Shown: positions 39,584 to 49,477, counted from the first letter of the stretch. The stretch is DNA of 64,000 bases from Gammaproteobacteria bacterium (GCA_965243395.1 CBDEUS010000001.1:704001-768000), one strand, 5' to 3'. The notes: generated by a model from the sequence alone, not told the origin. Program-made: numbers and translations.

Positions 39584-40129
39584 ATGAAACTACACCTTCA
39601 ACAAGGACGAATTCTCGCGCCACCTTTGCCGAATTCTTTTGCAGGGTTGATGGAGATGTACGAAGGTAATTATATTCGCTTGCGTAAATTATTAGGTGAT
39701 AAAGACAATATACCGGCAGTAGCAGTATCTCGTGTTGCTAAGGGTATGGATTTATATCTACAGGTATTGGATCAAACCAAATATACATCCACTATAGCTT
39801 TGACCTATTATTTTTCGGATGCTGATCAGGGTTTTCTGGCGTACCCGAACCTCAAAATTAGGCTCTATTATGATGCCCTTCAAGCCGAAGTTATGAGCCA
39901 GGCTTATCGGCGTAGAGACCCTAATTTCCATGCTTTCAATTATTCTCATGACCCATCGTTACTAAAAAGATGGCGTATGAATCGCTTTTTGTTCAAGTGG
40001 TTAGCCTATTGTGGGCGCCAAGGACATACCTTCCATCTCGCTGATGTTCTGCCTAAAAATCAACTGATTACAAATAATGTGGAAATTCCATTGCAGGGCA
40101 GTCTTACTTCCAGTACCATATTTGAGTGA
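39584..40129 (+). CDS. DUF1249 (YqiB-like) protein
   Basis: LM..YE.NY.RL, IRLYYDA..AEV and N.FL..WL.YC...G motifs. Confidence 0.8.
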   Translation: MKLHLQQGRILAPPLPNSFAGLMEMYEGNYIRLRKLLGDKDNIPAVAVSRVAKGMDLYLQVLDQTKYTSTIALTYYFSDADQGFLAYPNLKIRLYYDALQAEVMSQAYRRRDPNFHAFNYSHDPSLLKRWRMNRFLFKWLAYCGRQGHTFHLADVLPKNQLITNNVEIPLQGSLTSSTIFE

Positions 40130-40299
40130 GTAAGTTATCTATATGGTATAACTTCCTGATATATAAGAATAAAAATAATTCTCAGAATTTGGCTCAGTCG
40201 ACATTTTCATTGTGTTTGTTGGTGTTAAAATAACCGCAAGATTAGTGGTTTTGGTGACTAGACCAAATTTTTGCCATTCAAGGTAGAAGGTGAAAGATT

Positions 40300-40773
40300 A
40301 TGAAACTCTCAACAAAAGCCCGTCATGCGATTACTGCAATGATGGATTTAGCAATTAATGATAATTATAAGCCCGTAACACTGGCCGACATTTCCCAGTG
40401 CCAAGGTATTTCCTTGTCTTACTTAGAACAGTTATTTGCAAAATTACGTAAAAACGGTTTAGTTGTAGGTGTGCGTGGACCTGGTGGAGGCTATCGTCTA
40501 TCTCGTTCACCCAATGAGATTTCAGTTGCACAAGTTATTTCAGCAATTGATGAAAACGTACAGCCGCAACAAGAAAACTCAGAGTTGTCTGTACAATTTG
40601 ATGATCGTTGCATTACTCATCAAATTTGGGATGAGCTAAGCGCTAAGATTTACAACTATTTAGATAATGTTTCATTAGGTGAATTTACTCAAAAGCCTGA
40701 GTATCAGGCATTACGCCAACAAGCTACCGGTGGTAACCGTAGCCATATGTTTCCTAAACGTACGGCAGCTTAA
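40300..40773 (+). CDS. Rrf2-family regulator, IscR-like, lacking two cluster cysteines
   Basis: LADIS..QGISLSYLEQLFAKLRK.GLV..VRGPGGGY; C-terminal ligand region has only C-x2-H. Confidence 0.9.
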   Translation: MKLSTKARHAITAMMDLAINDNYKPVTLADISQCQGISLSYLEQLFAKLRKNGLVVGVRGPGGGYRLSRSPNEISVAQVISAIDENVQPQQENSELSVQFDDRCITHQIWDELSAKIYNYLDNVSLGEFTQKPEYQALRQQATGGNRSHMFPKRTAA

Positions 40774-40791
40774 ATTGAGCTAATATTCATG

Positions 40792-40820
40792 AAAAGCCCA
40801 CTTTATAGTGGGCTTTTTTT
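40792..40820 (+). terminator. Intrinsic terminator
   Basis: AAAAGCCCACT-ttat-AGTGGGCTTTTTTT. Confidence 0.88.
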
Positions 40821-40912
40821 ATGTCCATTCACTATGTTCACAGTGAGATAAAACGCTTATTATTAGCGTAACAATAACAATAAATAATGATAAGAAAATA
40901 GGAGAAGCGGCT

Positions 40913-41770
40913 ATGATGCAGCAAGTCACAGTTGATGGGTTGGATATCAACATAAATATTGAAGAGAGTGGCAGTGGAGATACCACGTTGCTAATGGTGC
41001 ATGGTATTCCTACCAATGCGAGATTATGGAGACATGTACAGGCTATGCTTCCACAATATCGTACCCTCGCTATGGACATGGTGGGTTACGGCCAGTCCGA
41101 CATGCCGTTAGATAAGTTTAAGCATTCGTTCATGAACCAAGCGGAGGCCTTGAAAGGGGTTATCGAAGGTCTTGGTTTAAAAGGTAAAGTCATTCTGGTA
41201 GCTCATGATCATGGTGGTGGAGTCGCGCAAGTATTTGCGAGTAAATATTGCGACTATATTTCCCGTCTTGTTTTAATTAATCCTGTATGTTTTGACCAAT
41301 GGCCAGTGTGTGAAGTTGAAGCCTTGGCAGGGTTAGATGGTGCACCGGATGAGGTATTAGAGATGGCACTAGGGCAGGCAGTAGCTGGATTTCCGGCCTT
41401 GATGCGAATGGGTAGCTATGATGGATCACCCTTTACCGATAAGAACTGCAAACAAAATTATTTACAGTTTTGGGGCCGAGGACCGGGGATGACCGGGTTT
41501 AAATCCTTAATCCGCATTGCTGCTGATCCACAGAATTCTGACACCGATGTTGATCATAGTAAGATTACCTGTCCTACCATGGTGATGTGGGGTGTGGCAG
41601 ATAACTTTATGTCATGCACGGCAGCAGAAAAACTTAAAGAGAGAATCAGTGGCCCAACCCGTGTGCAATACTTAGAACGTGCTGGACACTGGGTCCAGGA
41701 AGATCGTCCGGACGAAGTTGCAAAATATATTAATGACTTTGTAACAGAATGGGCAGGTGTAAATTTATAG
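40913..41770 (+). CDS. Alpha/beta hydrolase, epoxide hydrolase/haloalkane dehalogenase-like
   Basis: HGIP oxyanion motif, Asp nucleophile in AHDHGG, catalytic His in AGHWVQED. Confidence 0.85.
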   Translation: MMQQVTVDGLDININIEESGSGDTTLLMVHGIPTNARLWRHVQAMLPQYRTLAMDMVGYGQSDMPLDKFKHSFMNQAEALKGVIEGLGLKGKVILVAHDHGGGVAQVFASKYCDYISRLVLINPVCFDQWPVCEVEALAGLDGAPDEVLEMALGQAVAGFPALMRMGSYDGSPFTDKNCKQNYLQFWGRGPGMTGFKSLIRIAADPQNSDTDVDHSKITCPTMVMWGVADNFMSCTAAEKLKERISGPTRVQYLERAGHWVQEDRPDEVAKYINDFVTEWAGVNL

Positions 41771-41800
41771 AGCTCCCAGTTCATAAATGCGAGTATAAAG

Positions 41801-41825
41801 AAAGGGCCTCAATTGGCCCTTTTTT
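41801..41825 (+). terminator. Intrinsic terminator
   Basis: AAAGGGCC-tcaatt-GGCCCTTTTTT. Confidence 0.8.
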
Positions 41826-41868
41826 ATTTCTGTAGTGCTTGTTAGCTTAATTCTCAAAGATTGAATAG

Positions 41869-42333
41869 ATGAAAGTATTGGTTGTGTTAACAATTCTTGG
41901 TGCAGGAATAGTGACTGGCTTATTATTTGCGTTTTCAAATTTTGTTATGAGCGCATTGAAAGATTTGCCAAATGACAAAGGCATGTATGCAATGCAGCAA
42001 ATCAACAAAAAGATAATAAATCCAATATTTATGTTTTTTTTTCTGGGCACTCCAATTTTATGTATTTTTATTCTTTTTCAAACCCTCTCTGATTTTAAAT
42101 TTACAAACGATATATACTTAACTATCGGCGCATTTGCTTATTTGTTAGGCTCATTTGGAATCACCATGTTATTTAACGTTCCTTTAAACAATCAGCTAGA
42201 GACAACCAACAGTTCTGATGCAGATACTGTGTGGCCTGACTATCAAAATCGATGGCAAAAATGGAATCACATAAGAACTTACGTCGGCATAGTAGCCATT
42301 TTACTACTGTCAGTCGGACTCGCATTAATTTAG
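41869..42333 (+). CDS. DUF1772 / anthrone oxygenase-family membrane protein
   Basis: G..FAFS.FVM.AL, AMQ.IN, NVPLN..L and W..WNHIRT motifs. Confidence 0.85.
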   Translation: MKVLVVLTILGAGIVTGLLFAFSNFVMSALKDLPNDKGMYAMQQINKKIINPIFMFFFLGTPILCIFILFQTLSDFKFTNDIYLTIGAFAYLLGSFGITMLFNVPLNNQLETTNSSDADTVWPDYQNRWQKWNHIRTYVGIVAILLLSVGLALI

Positions 42334-42405
42334 GTTGCTAGCCTTTTGTATTAAACGCTAGAGTAAGTTTTTACAGCATCTTTATCTAGTTCTGGAATTA
42401 ATTAA

Positions 42406-43167
42406 ATGAATATTAAAAGTATGTCAAATACTGTACGTAGCTTGTTTCTTTCTTTATTACTTTTGCTAATTTATGGTTGTGCCACTTCTAATATTCCAAC
42501 TAATTCAGTTGTTATAGGATCTAGTCCAAACCTCCCTGTAGGTTTGAAAGAAATTAATGATTCTTATTGGTGGAGATGTAAATTCATAATAAACTGGCCA
42601 ATTGATGAGGAACCTAATTGGGCAGTAGACTATCTACTTGCTCATGCGGTGGTATCCCCGGTCTTATCTAAAAATTCAGATAAAATTTCGTATTGGCGAT
42701 TTCATCGTAGAGCAGCCCGTGATAAATCAGGGCATATGTTTTCTTTTATTTTTTATAGTGACCCAGAAACTGCATCTTCTGTGTTTTCTTCCATTAATAA
42801 TAATTTAATGTTGAAAGCCTCGGTTGAAAACAATCTTGTTCAAAAAGTCTATACGAGTGACACAAAAAATCCAAAGCATCACAGTATTAGTGCTACTAGT
42901 GATAAAAATTGGTCACCAGAAATACAAAAATACTGGCCTTCATATATTATGGGTGTGAGCGCACTTTGGCTTGGCCTAATTATTGAGGATATGCAACATG
43001 CTTCTCAAACATCTGATGATATACATTTATTGTTGGAAGAATATCGTCAAGTAGAGTCGAATATTGTAGATAAGTGGGAAAAAGAAGGTCAACACGCTTT
43101 TTTTCATCATATGAGCGCTATATTTGGATATCAACCAATGCTGATCAAAAGAGAAATAATATTTTAA
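42406..43167 (+). CDS. Hypothetical lipoprotein
   Basis: Hydrophobic leader with IYGC lipobox; 253-aa ORF. Confidence 0.75.
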   Translation: MNIKSMSNTVRSLFLSLLLLLIYGCATSNIPTNSVVIGSSPNLPVGLKEINDSYWWRCKFIINWPIDEEPNWAVDYLLAHAVVSPVLSKNSDKISYWRFHRRAARDKSGHMFSFIFYSDPETASSVFSSINNNLMLKASVENNLVQKVYTSDTKNPKHHSISATSDKNWSPEIQKYWPSYIMGVSALWLGLIIEDMQHASQTSDDIHLLLEEYRQVESNIVDKWEKEGQHAFFHHMSAIFGYQPMLIKREIIF

Positions 43168-43217
43168 TTTTGCAATTGAGATTAATATTTGTAAATCAAT
43201 ATGCAGATCATCATATG

Positions 43218-44189
43218 TTACAAAAGGTCTTTAACTGCATCCCTTTCTTCGAGCAACTCTTTTTCTGTCGCTTTCATCATTTCGATACTGAAATCATCTT
43301 GGTTTAAACCTTGTATTACATCGTAGTTTCCGTTGTGACAAACCACTGGGAAGGAATACATAAGGCCTTCTGCAATTCCGTAATCACCTTTAGAGATCAT
43401 ACCCATACTGACCCAATCATTTGTTCCTTGCACCCAGTCTCTCATATGATCAATTGCAGCAGATGCAGCTGATGCGGCAGATGATGCGCCACGTGCATTG
43501 ATAATTTCTGCGCCACGTTTTTGAACCTTTGGCATAAACTCATCTTTGTACCATGCATCGTCTACAAGTGATTTAGCATCTTTTCCATCTACTGTGCAGT
43601 GGCTAATATCTGGATATTGAGTAAGCGAATGATTACCCCAAACCACCATTTGTTTAATCCCAGTTACAGCAGCGCCTGTTTTTGAGGCAAGTTGACTGAT
43701 GGCTCGGTTGTGGTCGAGTCGCATCATCGATGTGAATTGGGAAGGATCTAAATCAGGTGCATTATTACAAGCGATGAGTGCGTTTGTGTTAGCCGGGTTT
43801 CCTACAACTAATACTTTTACATCTTTAGAGGCATTGTCATTGATGGCTTTGCCTTGTGGGCCAAATATTTTGCCATTTTCACTAAGCAGATCAGCCCGCT
43901 CCATGCCTTTAGTTCTAGGTTTTGATCCAATAGATAAAACATAATCCACATCACCAAACCCTTCATTTGTATCTGCTGTGCAAACAATATCTTCAAGAAG
44001 GGGAAATGCACAATCTCGCAATTCCATTTCAACTCCTTTTAGAGCATCTAATGCCGGAGGTATTTCGATTAGTTTTAGAATTACAGGTTGATCAGTGCCC
44101 AACATATTGCCTGCGGCAATCCTAAATGCTGCGGCATAACCGATGTTTCCTGCAGCGCCTGTAATCGCAACTCTTACTGTTTGCTTCAT
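43218..44189 (-). CDS. mdh: Malate dehydrogenase
   Basis: [37 protein letters not shown] and WGNHS motifs. Confidence 0.96.
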   Translation of the reverse strand: MKQTVRVAITGAAGNIGYAAAFRIAAGNMLGTDQPVILKLIEIPPALDALKGVEMELRDCAFPLLEDIVCTADTNEGFGDVDYVLSIGSKPRTKGMERADLLSENGKIFGPQGKAINDNASKDVKVLVVGNPANTNALIACNNAPDLDPSQFTSMMRLDHNRAISQLASKTGAAVTGIKQMVVWGNHSLTQYPDISHCTVDGKDAKSLVDDAWYKDEFMPKVQKRGAEIINARGASSAASAASAAIDHMRDWVQGTNDWVSMGMISKGDYGIAEGLMYSFPVVCHNGNYDVIQGLNQDDFSIEMMKATEKELLEERDAVKDLL

Positions 44190-44213
44190 TTATTTCTCCT
44201 TAGTAAGCAAAAA

Positions 44214-45314
44214 TTAATTTGGTTGATGTTGTTTTTCTAAATATTCGTGTGACTGCATTTCAGTGAGACGACTTGTAGTGCGCTCAAATTCTTCTTTTAA
44301 ACGTGTACCAGCATATAGTTTATCGGGTGTAGCTTCTGCTGACAAAATAAGTTTTACATTTCGGTCGTAGAATTCATCTATCATAGTAATAAACCTTCTT
44401 GCTTGATCATCTTTTGCATTAAAGATTGGCACATGCGAGAGTAAAACTGTATTAAATTCCCTCGCTATTGCAATATAGTCAGAGGCACTTCTGGGCCCGT
44501 CGCATAATTCTTTAAAATCAAACCAAGCAATCCCGTCTGCATGACGTATAGACTGTATTTCGCGGTTGTTTATTTTCAGCTTTTCCCATGATTCATTGCT
44601 ACGCTCAGTAGCAAGGTTTAAGAAGCTGTGTTCTAACCAATCATGTGAGTCCACATCAATTGGAGAATTATACAAGTCATTTTTTTGTAAAAATTCAAAT
44701 CGATGATCAATTTCTCCGTCGAGATGAATGATTTTAGTATGTTGTTGTAATAATTCGATGGTCGGCAAAAAACGCTCTCGTTGAAGGCCATCTTTGTAAA
44801 GCAGACTAGGCTCTACATTTGATGTTGCTATCAAAGCGACATTATTTTCGAATAAACCTTCAAGTAAGCCTGCAAGAATCATGGCGTCACCAATATCGTT
44901 TACAAAAAATTCGTCAAAGCAAAGTACCTTAGCTTTATCAGAAAATTCTTTTGCAACAAGCTTAAGTGGATCGGGTTGATCGCGATAATTTTTAAGCATT
45001 ATATGGGCTTGATCCATAAAGCGATGAAAGTGTAAGCGAAGTTTGTCCTGAAAATGTAGATTGGAAAAAAACAAATCCATCAGAAAAGTTTTACCGCGGC
45101 CGACGCCACCCCATATATAAAGCCCTTGGATACTACGTGTATTCGAATTTCGAGACAAAAATGTCGTAAACCGATCAATGATGGTCGAATCTTCAGGATT
45201 TTCAGAGCTAAGCTCATCATGCAGCGCCTGTAATGCTTGAACCACTTTTTTTTGGTTGGGGTCCTCGACTAGCTCATTTCCATCCAGTAGAGCTTGGTAA
45301 ACTGATTCAATCAT
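44214..45314 (-). CDS. zapE: AFG1-family ATPase ZapE
   Basis: GGVGRGKT, LCFDEF and ATSN motifs. Confidence 0.93.
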   Translation of the reverse strand: MIESVYQALLDGNELVEDPNQKKVVQALQALHDELSSENPEDSTIIDRFTTFLSRNSNTRSIQGLYIWGGVGRGKTFLMDLFFSNLHFQDKLRLHFHRFMDQAHIMLKNYRDQPDPLKLVAKEFSDKAKVLCFDEFFVNDIGDAMILAGLLEGLFENNVALIATSNVEPSLLYKDGLQRERFLPTIELLQQHTKIIHLDGEIDHRFEFLQKNDLYNSPIDVDSHDWLEHSFLNLATERSNESWEKLKINNREIQSIRHADGIAWFDFKELCDGPRSASDYIAIAREFNTVLLSHVPIFNAKDDQARRFITMIDEFYDRNVKLILSAEATPDKLYAGTRLKEEFERTTSRLTEMQSHEYLEKQHQPN

Positions 45315-45579
45315 TATTATTCTTATGTACGCTCAGTTTTTAAAATGAGCGGTAAAACTCAATTAACCAGTATAAATATAAATCCTGTCCATAGGATGAA
45401 ATTGCAGAATAATTCCATCTATATTGACCAAATATCAATCAATTGGATATTTGGCTAATTTAAAAAATATAGATTAATCAGAGTACTTGGCAAATATTGG
45501 TATAACAAATTGTCACAAAAGTGCCAAAAATTGTCGTAATTTATAGGGTTATTTGCGCAAAATATAGCTCGAATATCGT

Positions 45580-45592
45580 TAAGTCCTTGATA
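45580..45592 (-). promoter_or_regulatory. IHF binding site
   Basis: Reverse complement TATCAAGGACTTA matches WATCAANNNNTTR exactly; lies just upstream of a sigma-54 promoter. Confidence 0.65.
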
Positions 45593-45611
45593 TTTAAAAG
45601 AATACAAATTT

Positions 45612-45627
45612 TGGCATCAATTATGCT
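45612..45627 (+). promoter_or_regulatory. Sigma-54 (-24/-12) promoter
   Basis: TGGCATCAATTATGCT; GG (45613-14) and GC (45625-26) are 10 nt apart. Confidence 0.7.
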
Positions 45628-45637
45628 TACTATATCT

Positions 45638-45736
45638 ATGAGCCTCTCAACATGATGCAAATATCCTCTATTTGAACATGTTGTTATTCTCGACTCCTCC
45701 TGGATTCGGCCGCCCTATATTGGCGGCCTTTTTTTT
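45638..45736 (+). ncRNA. Candidate sigma-54-dependent trans-acting sRNA (~100 nt)
   Basis: Lies between the sigma-54 promoter and a terminator; 5' hairpin with UCCUC loop, single-stranded CUCCUCCU, no SD-led ORF. Confidence 0.65.
45708..45736 (+). terminator. Intrinsic terminator of the candidate sRNA
   Basis: GGCCGCC-ctatatt-GGCGGCC-T8; no + strand CDS ends upstream. Confidence 0.85.
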
Positions 45737-45806
45737 GCCTCATAAACTATATCTCTAGTAGCGCTAAGGGCTTCTCCTAGGTTCGGCTTTAGCGAATAAT
45801 TGCATA

Positions 45807-46868
45807 ATGTCTTTGGGTCCTCTCATGGTTGATCTTAGTGCAGATACTGTCTGTGCTAAGGAACGAGAATTGCTTTTATCACCACATGTGGGTGGTGTAA
45901 TTTTATTTAGCCGAAATTTTTCCACTATCGAAAAACTCACTGCATTAATCGAAGAGATTCATGAAATTCGACATCCACGTCTCCTAGTTGCTATTGACCA
46001 AGAAGGTGGGCGTGTGCAACGTTTGCGCGAAGGCTTCACACAATTGCCAGCAGTGAGATTATTAGGTGAGATTTATAATGATGAACCTACTCGTGCGGTT
46101 GAACTTGCGACTATAACTGGCTGGTTAATGGCTTCTGAATTAAGAGCTATTGGTATCGATTTTAGTTTCACTCCAATTTTAGATTTGGATCATGGCATAA
46201 GCCAGGTTATTGGTGATCGTGCATTTCATAAAGACCCTGAAGTAGTTTCTATAATCGCAGCTAAATATGTTCATGGTATGCGCAAAGCTGGCATGCAGGC
46301 CGTTGGCAAACATTTTCCCGGTCATGGTGCCGTAGTTGCAGATTCACATATTGATTTGCCCACAGATGATAGAGACTTTCAAGATATCTCTTTGCAAGAT
46401 TTAGTTCCTTTCCAACGCATGATAGATAATGGTATAGCCGGTATTATGAGTGCGCACGTTGTCTATGAAAAAATAGATTCTGAAATTGCGACGTTTTCTA
46501 AATTATGGTTACAAGAAGTGTTGAGAAAACAAATGGAATTTAAAGGTGTGATATTCAGCGATGACTTAAGTATGAAAGCCGCTCATTGCAATGAAGAAGA
46601 TAGTGAAGATTACTTATTACGTACACAAAGAGCTTTAGATGCTGGTTGTGATATGGTTTTGATTTGCAACTCTAGTGATAATGCATGCATGGTAGCAGAT
46701 CAATTGAATAACTATAACAATCCTGCTTCGCAAATGCGTTTAACACGCATGCATGGTGGGAAAGACCCAGTTTCATATGAAAATTTACGAAACTCTAAAG
46801 CCTGGCAAGCAGCTGTCAAAAAAATTGAATCTTATCAAGATTCACCTTATGGTGAACTAACACTGTAA
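45807..46868 (+). CDS. nagZ: beta-N-acetylhexosaminidase
   Basis: IDQEGGRVQR, KHFPGHG..VADSH and FSDDL motifs. Confidence 0.96.
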   Translation: MSLGPLMVDLSADTVCAKERELLLSPHVGGVILFSRNFSTIEKLTALIEEIHEIRHPRLLVAIDQEGGRVQRLREGFTQLPAVRLLGEIYNDEPTRAVELATITGWLMASELRAIGIDFSFTPILDLDHGISQVIGDRAFHKDPEVVSIIAAKYVHGMRKAGMQAVGKHFPGHGAVVADSHIDLPTDDRDFQDISLQDLVPFQRMIDNGIAGIMSAHVVYEKIDSEIATFSKLWLQEVLRKQMEFKGVIFSDDLSMKAAHCNEEDSEDYLLRTQRALDAGCDMVLICNSSDNACMVADQLNNYNNPASQMRLTRMHGGKDPVSYENLRNSKAWQAAVKKIESYQDSPYGELTL

Positions 46869-46881
46869 TAAATTAAAAAAC

Positions 46882-48000
46882 ATGAATAGTATCGATCTTG
46901 CAAGCCTGTTTGGCGACTCAAGTTTAGCAATGTATTTTAAACCTTGGGTGCTTCAGGTTTTTATCGTGGTTTTAAGTGTATTACTTATAAATTTTGCATT
47001 TAAAATCTTTTTAAAAAAGCTAGCCTCAAGAGCAGAGAAAACGGCAAATCCTTGGGATGATTCATTCATTCAAGCAGCAAATAAGCCTTTCCGCGTTTTG
47101 ATTTGGATAATCGGAATATTGTTTGCAGCTGAAATAGTTGCAAGTCGAAGTGAAGCGGAAATTTTTCGTGCAATAGAACCAATTAGAAATGTAACTATCA
47201 TTGCTACTTTGGGATGGTTTTTGATTCGCTTTGTTAAAGAATTTGAAAAAGCCTATGTCTACAGGCAGCATCAAAAAGGTAAGTCGGTAGATTTAACGAC
47301 TACACATGCCCTGGCAAAATTAGTTCGCGCATCCATATTTATTACGGCCGCATTAGTGATGATGCAAACTCTAGGATTTAGCATTTCGGGTGTATTAGCC
47401 TTTGGTGGCATTGGTGGTATTGCAGTGGGGTTTGCAGCAAAAGATTTACTCTCAAACTTTTTTGGTGGGCTTATGATTTATTTAGATCGTCCGTTTAAAG
47501 TTGGGGACTGGATCCGTTCACCTGATAAAGAACTAGAGGGTACAGTAGAGGAAATTGGCTGGCGACAAACGCGAATTCGCACGTTTAGCAAGCGACCTAT
47601 TTATGTACCTAACTCAATTTTCATGAATATAATTGTTGAAAATCCGTCACGGATGTCTCATAGGAGAATCTACGAGACTATAGGTATTCGTTATGACGAT
47701 ATTTCAGTTATGGACAATATTGTAAATGATGTAAAAGAAATGTTGGTCAATCATGACGAAATCGATACTAACCAAACTATGATTGTTAACTTTAATGAGT
47801 TTAATGAATCGTCGGTTGACTTTTTCATATATACATTCACAAAGACTACAAATTGGATCAGATTTCACGAAGTCAAACATGATGTATTGTTAAAAGTTTC
47901 AGAAATTATTGAAAAACATAGTGCTGAAATTGCTTTCCCAACACGTGTCTTGCAAATAGAAAATGAAAACTCTAGTGCATTGAACCTTACTAATTCTTAG
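46882..48000 (+). CDS. MscS-family mechanosensitive channel
   Basis: GGIAVGFAAKDLLSNFFGG, RPFKVGDWI and GTVEEIGWR motifs. Confidence 0.93.
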   Translation: MNSIDLASLFGDSSLAMYFKPWVLQVFIVVLSVLLINFAFKIFLKKLASRAEKTANPWDDSFIQAANKPFRVLIWIIGILFAAEIVASRSEAEIFRAIEPIRNVTIIATLGWFLIRFVKEFEKAYVYRQHQKGKSVDLTTTHALAKLVRASIFITAALVMMQTLGFSISGVLAFGGIGGIAVGFAAKDLLSNFFGGLMIYLDRPFKVGDWIRSPDKELEGTVEEIGWRQTRIRTFSKRPIYVPNSIFMNIIVENPSRMSHRRIYETIGIRYDDISVMDNIVNDVKEMLVNHDEIDTNQTMIVNFNEFNESSVDFFIYTFTKTTNWIRFHEVKHDVLLKVSEIIEKHSAEIAFPTRVLQIENENSSALNLTNS

Positions 48001-48012
48001 TCGAATAGATTC

Positions 48013-48579
48013 ATGGAAGATTTATCTCATAATAAGATTTTACAAGTACGCAAAAATGCGGATGAACTCATTTCAGAACAAAAAATTAATCAAGCTATAG
48101 ATAAAGTAGCTACTCAAATTGAAGACACGATAAAAAATGAGGTTCCAATATTTTTATGTGTAATGAAAGGTGGGTTGATGTTCACCGCAGCATTAATGCA
48201 ACGTATAAAGTCTCCATTAATCTTAGATTACGTGCATGTAGATCGATATCGGAATAAAACGCATGGAAGCAGTATACATTGGCATAAAGAACCAGATGCA
48301 AATTTGAAGGGAAGGTTAGTTGTTATTATTGATGATATCTTGGATGAAGGTTATACCTTGCAAGAATTGATTGCTTATTGCCATACAAAAGGTGCCAAAA
48401 AAATATTGTCTGCAGTTTTATTAAAGAAAAAACTTGCAAATGTATCTGTTGATATTGAACCAGATTTTCTAGGGATGGAGGTCGTTGATCGTTACGTATT
48501 TGGCTGGGGAATGGATTACAAAGGATATTTACGTAATCAGTCATCCATTTATGCCATTGATGAAAATGATGGTACGTAA
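48013..48579 (+). CDS. hpt: Hypoxanthine-guanine phosphoribosyltransferase
   Basis: VIIDDILDEGYTL PRPP motif and YVFGWGMDY. Confidence 0.9.
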   Translation: MEDLSHNKILQVRKNADELISEQKINQAIDKVATQIEDTIKNEVPIFLCVMKGGLMFTAALMQRIKSPLILDYVHVDRYRNKTHGSSIHWHKEPDANLKGRLVVIIDDILDEGYTLQELIAYCHTKGAKKILSAVLLKKKLANVSVDIEPDFLGMEVVDRYVFGWGMDYKGYLRNQSSIYAIDENDGT

Positions 48580-49317
48580 ATGACCAAGCTGGCAATAATT
48601 GGTGGCACTGGGCTTACTTCAATGGATGACCTCCAAGTCACAGAGAGACATGATGTTTTAACGCCCTATGGTGAAACAAGTGCTTTACTACTCGAGGGTG
48701 AATTAGCCGCAAAAGAAGTTGTATTTCTTGCTCGACATGGAAGCGGGCATACGATACCGCCACACAAAATTAATTATCGAGCCAATATTTGGGCACTAAA
48801 AAGCATAGGTGTTACAGATGTTATTAGTGTGGCTGCAGTGGGCGGGATCCATGCAGAGATTCCTCCTGAGAAAATAGTTATCCCAGATCAAATCATTGAT
48901 TACACCTATGGAAGACAACATACTTTTTTTGAAGATGATTTATCCGAGGTAACACACATCGATTTTACATATCCATATCATGAATCACTCAGACAAAAAC
49001 TAATTCAAGTATCAATAAACTTAAATTTAGATGTGTATCAAGGCGGTGTGTATGGAGTAACACAGGGTCCTCGTTTAGAAAGTGCTGCAGAGATAATGCG
49101 CTTAGAAAAAGATGGTTGCGATATCGTAGGAATGACCGGGATGCCAGAAGCTGCATTAGCAAAAGAACTGGAATTAAATTATGCCTGCTGTGCGTTGTGC
49201 GTAAATTGGGCAGCCGGGAAAATAGAACAAGAGATTACTATGGATGAAATTCTCATATCTCTTAAACAAGGGATGGAGTCGGTTAAATCTATTTTAGTAT
49301 CAATACTTTCTACATGA
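48580..49317 (+). CDS. S-methyl-5'-thioinosine/thioadenosine phosphorylase
   Basis: IIGGTG, ARHG..H.IPPH.INYRAN, GPRLES.AE and VGMTGMPEA motifs. Confidence 0.9.
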   Translation: MTKLAIIGGTGLTSMDDLQVTERHDVLTPYGETSALLLEGELAAKEVVFLARHGSGHTIPPHKINYRANIWALKSIGVTDVISVAAVGGIHAEIPPEKIVIPDQIIDYTYGRQHTFFEDDLSEVTHIDFTYPYHESLRQKLIQVSINLNLDVYQGGVYGVTQGPRLESAAEIMRLEKDGCDIVGMTGMPEAALAKELELNYACCALCVNWAAGKIEQEITMDEILISLKQGMESVKSILVSILST

Positions 49318-49477
49318 CCGCAACGATTAACATGGATAGTCTAAGTGCGAAATTTATATCTATCATGGAATTTACAGTAGATGAGTAATTTATTGCTTAA
49401 TCATGATGCCGAGATTTCGGCAAAGTCTTTAAACATTTTCATAAAAGGTAGATTTTAGTATTTAAAAAATTTTATAT

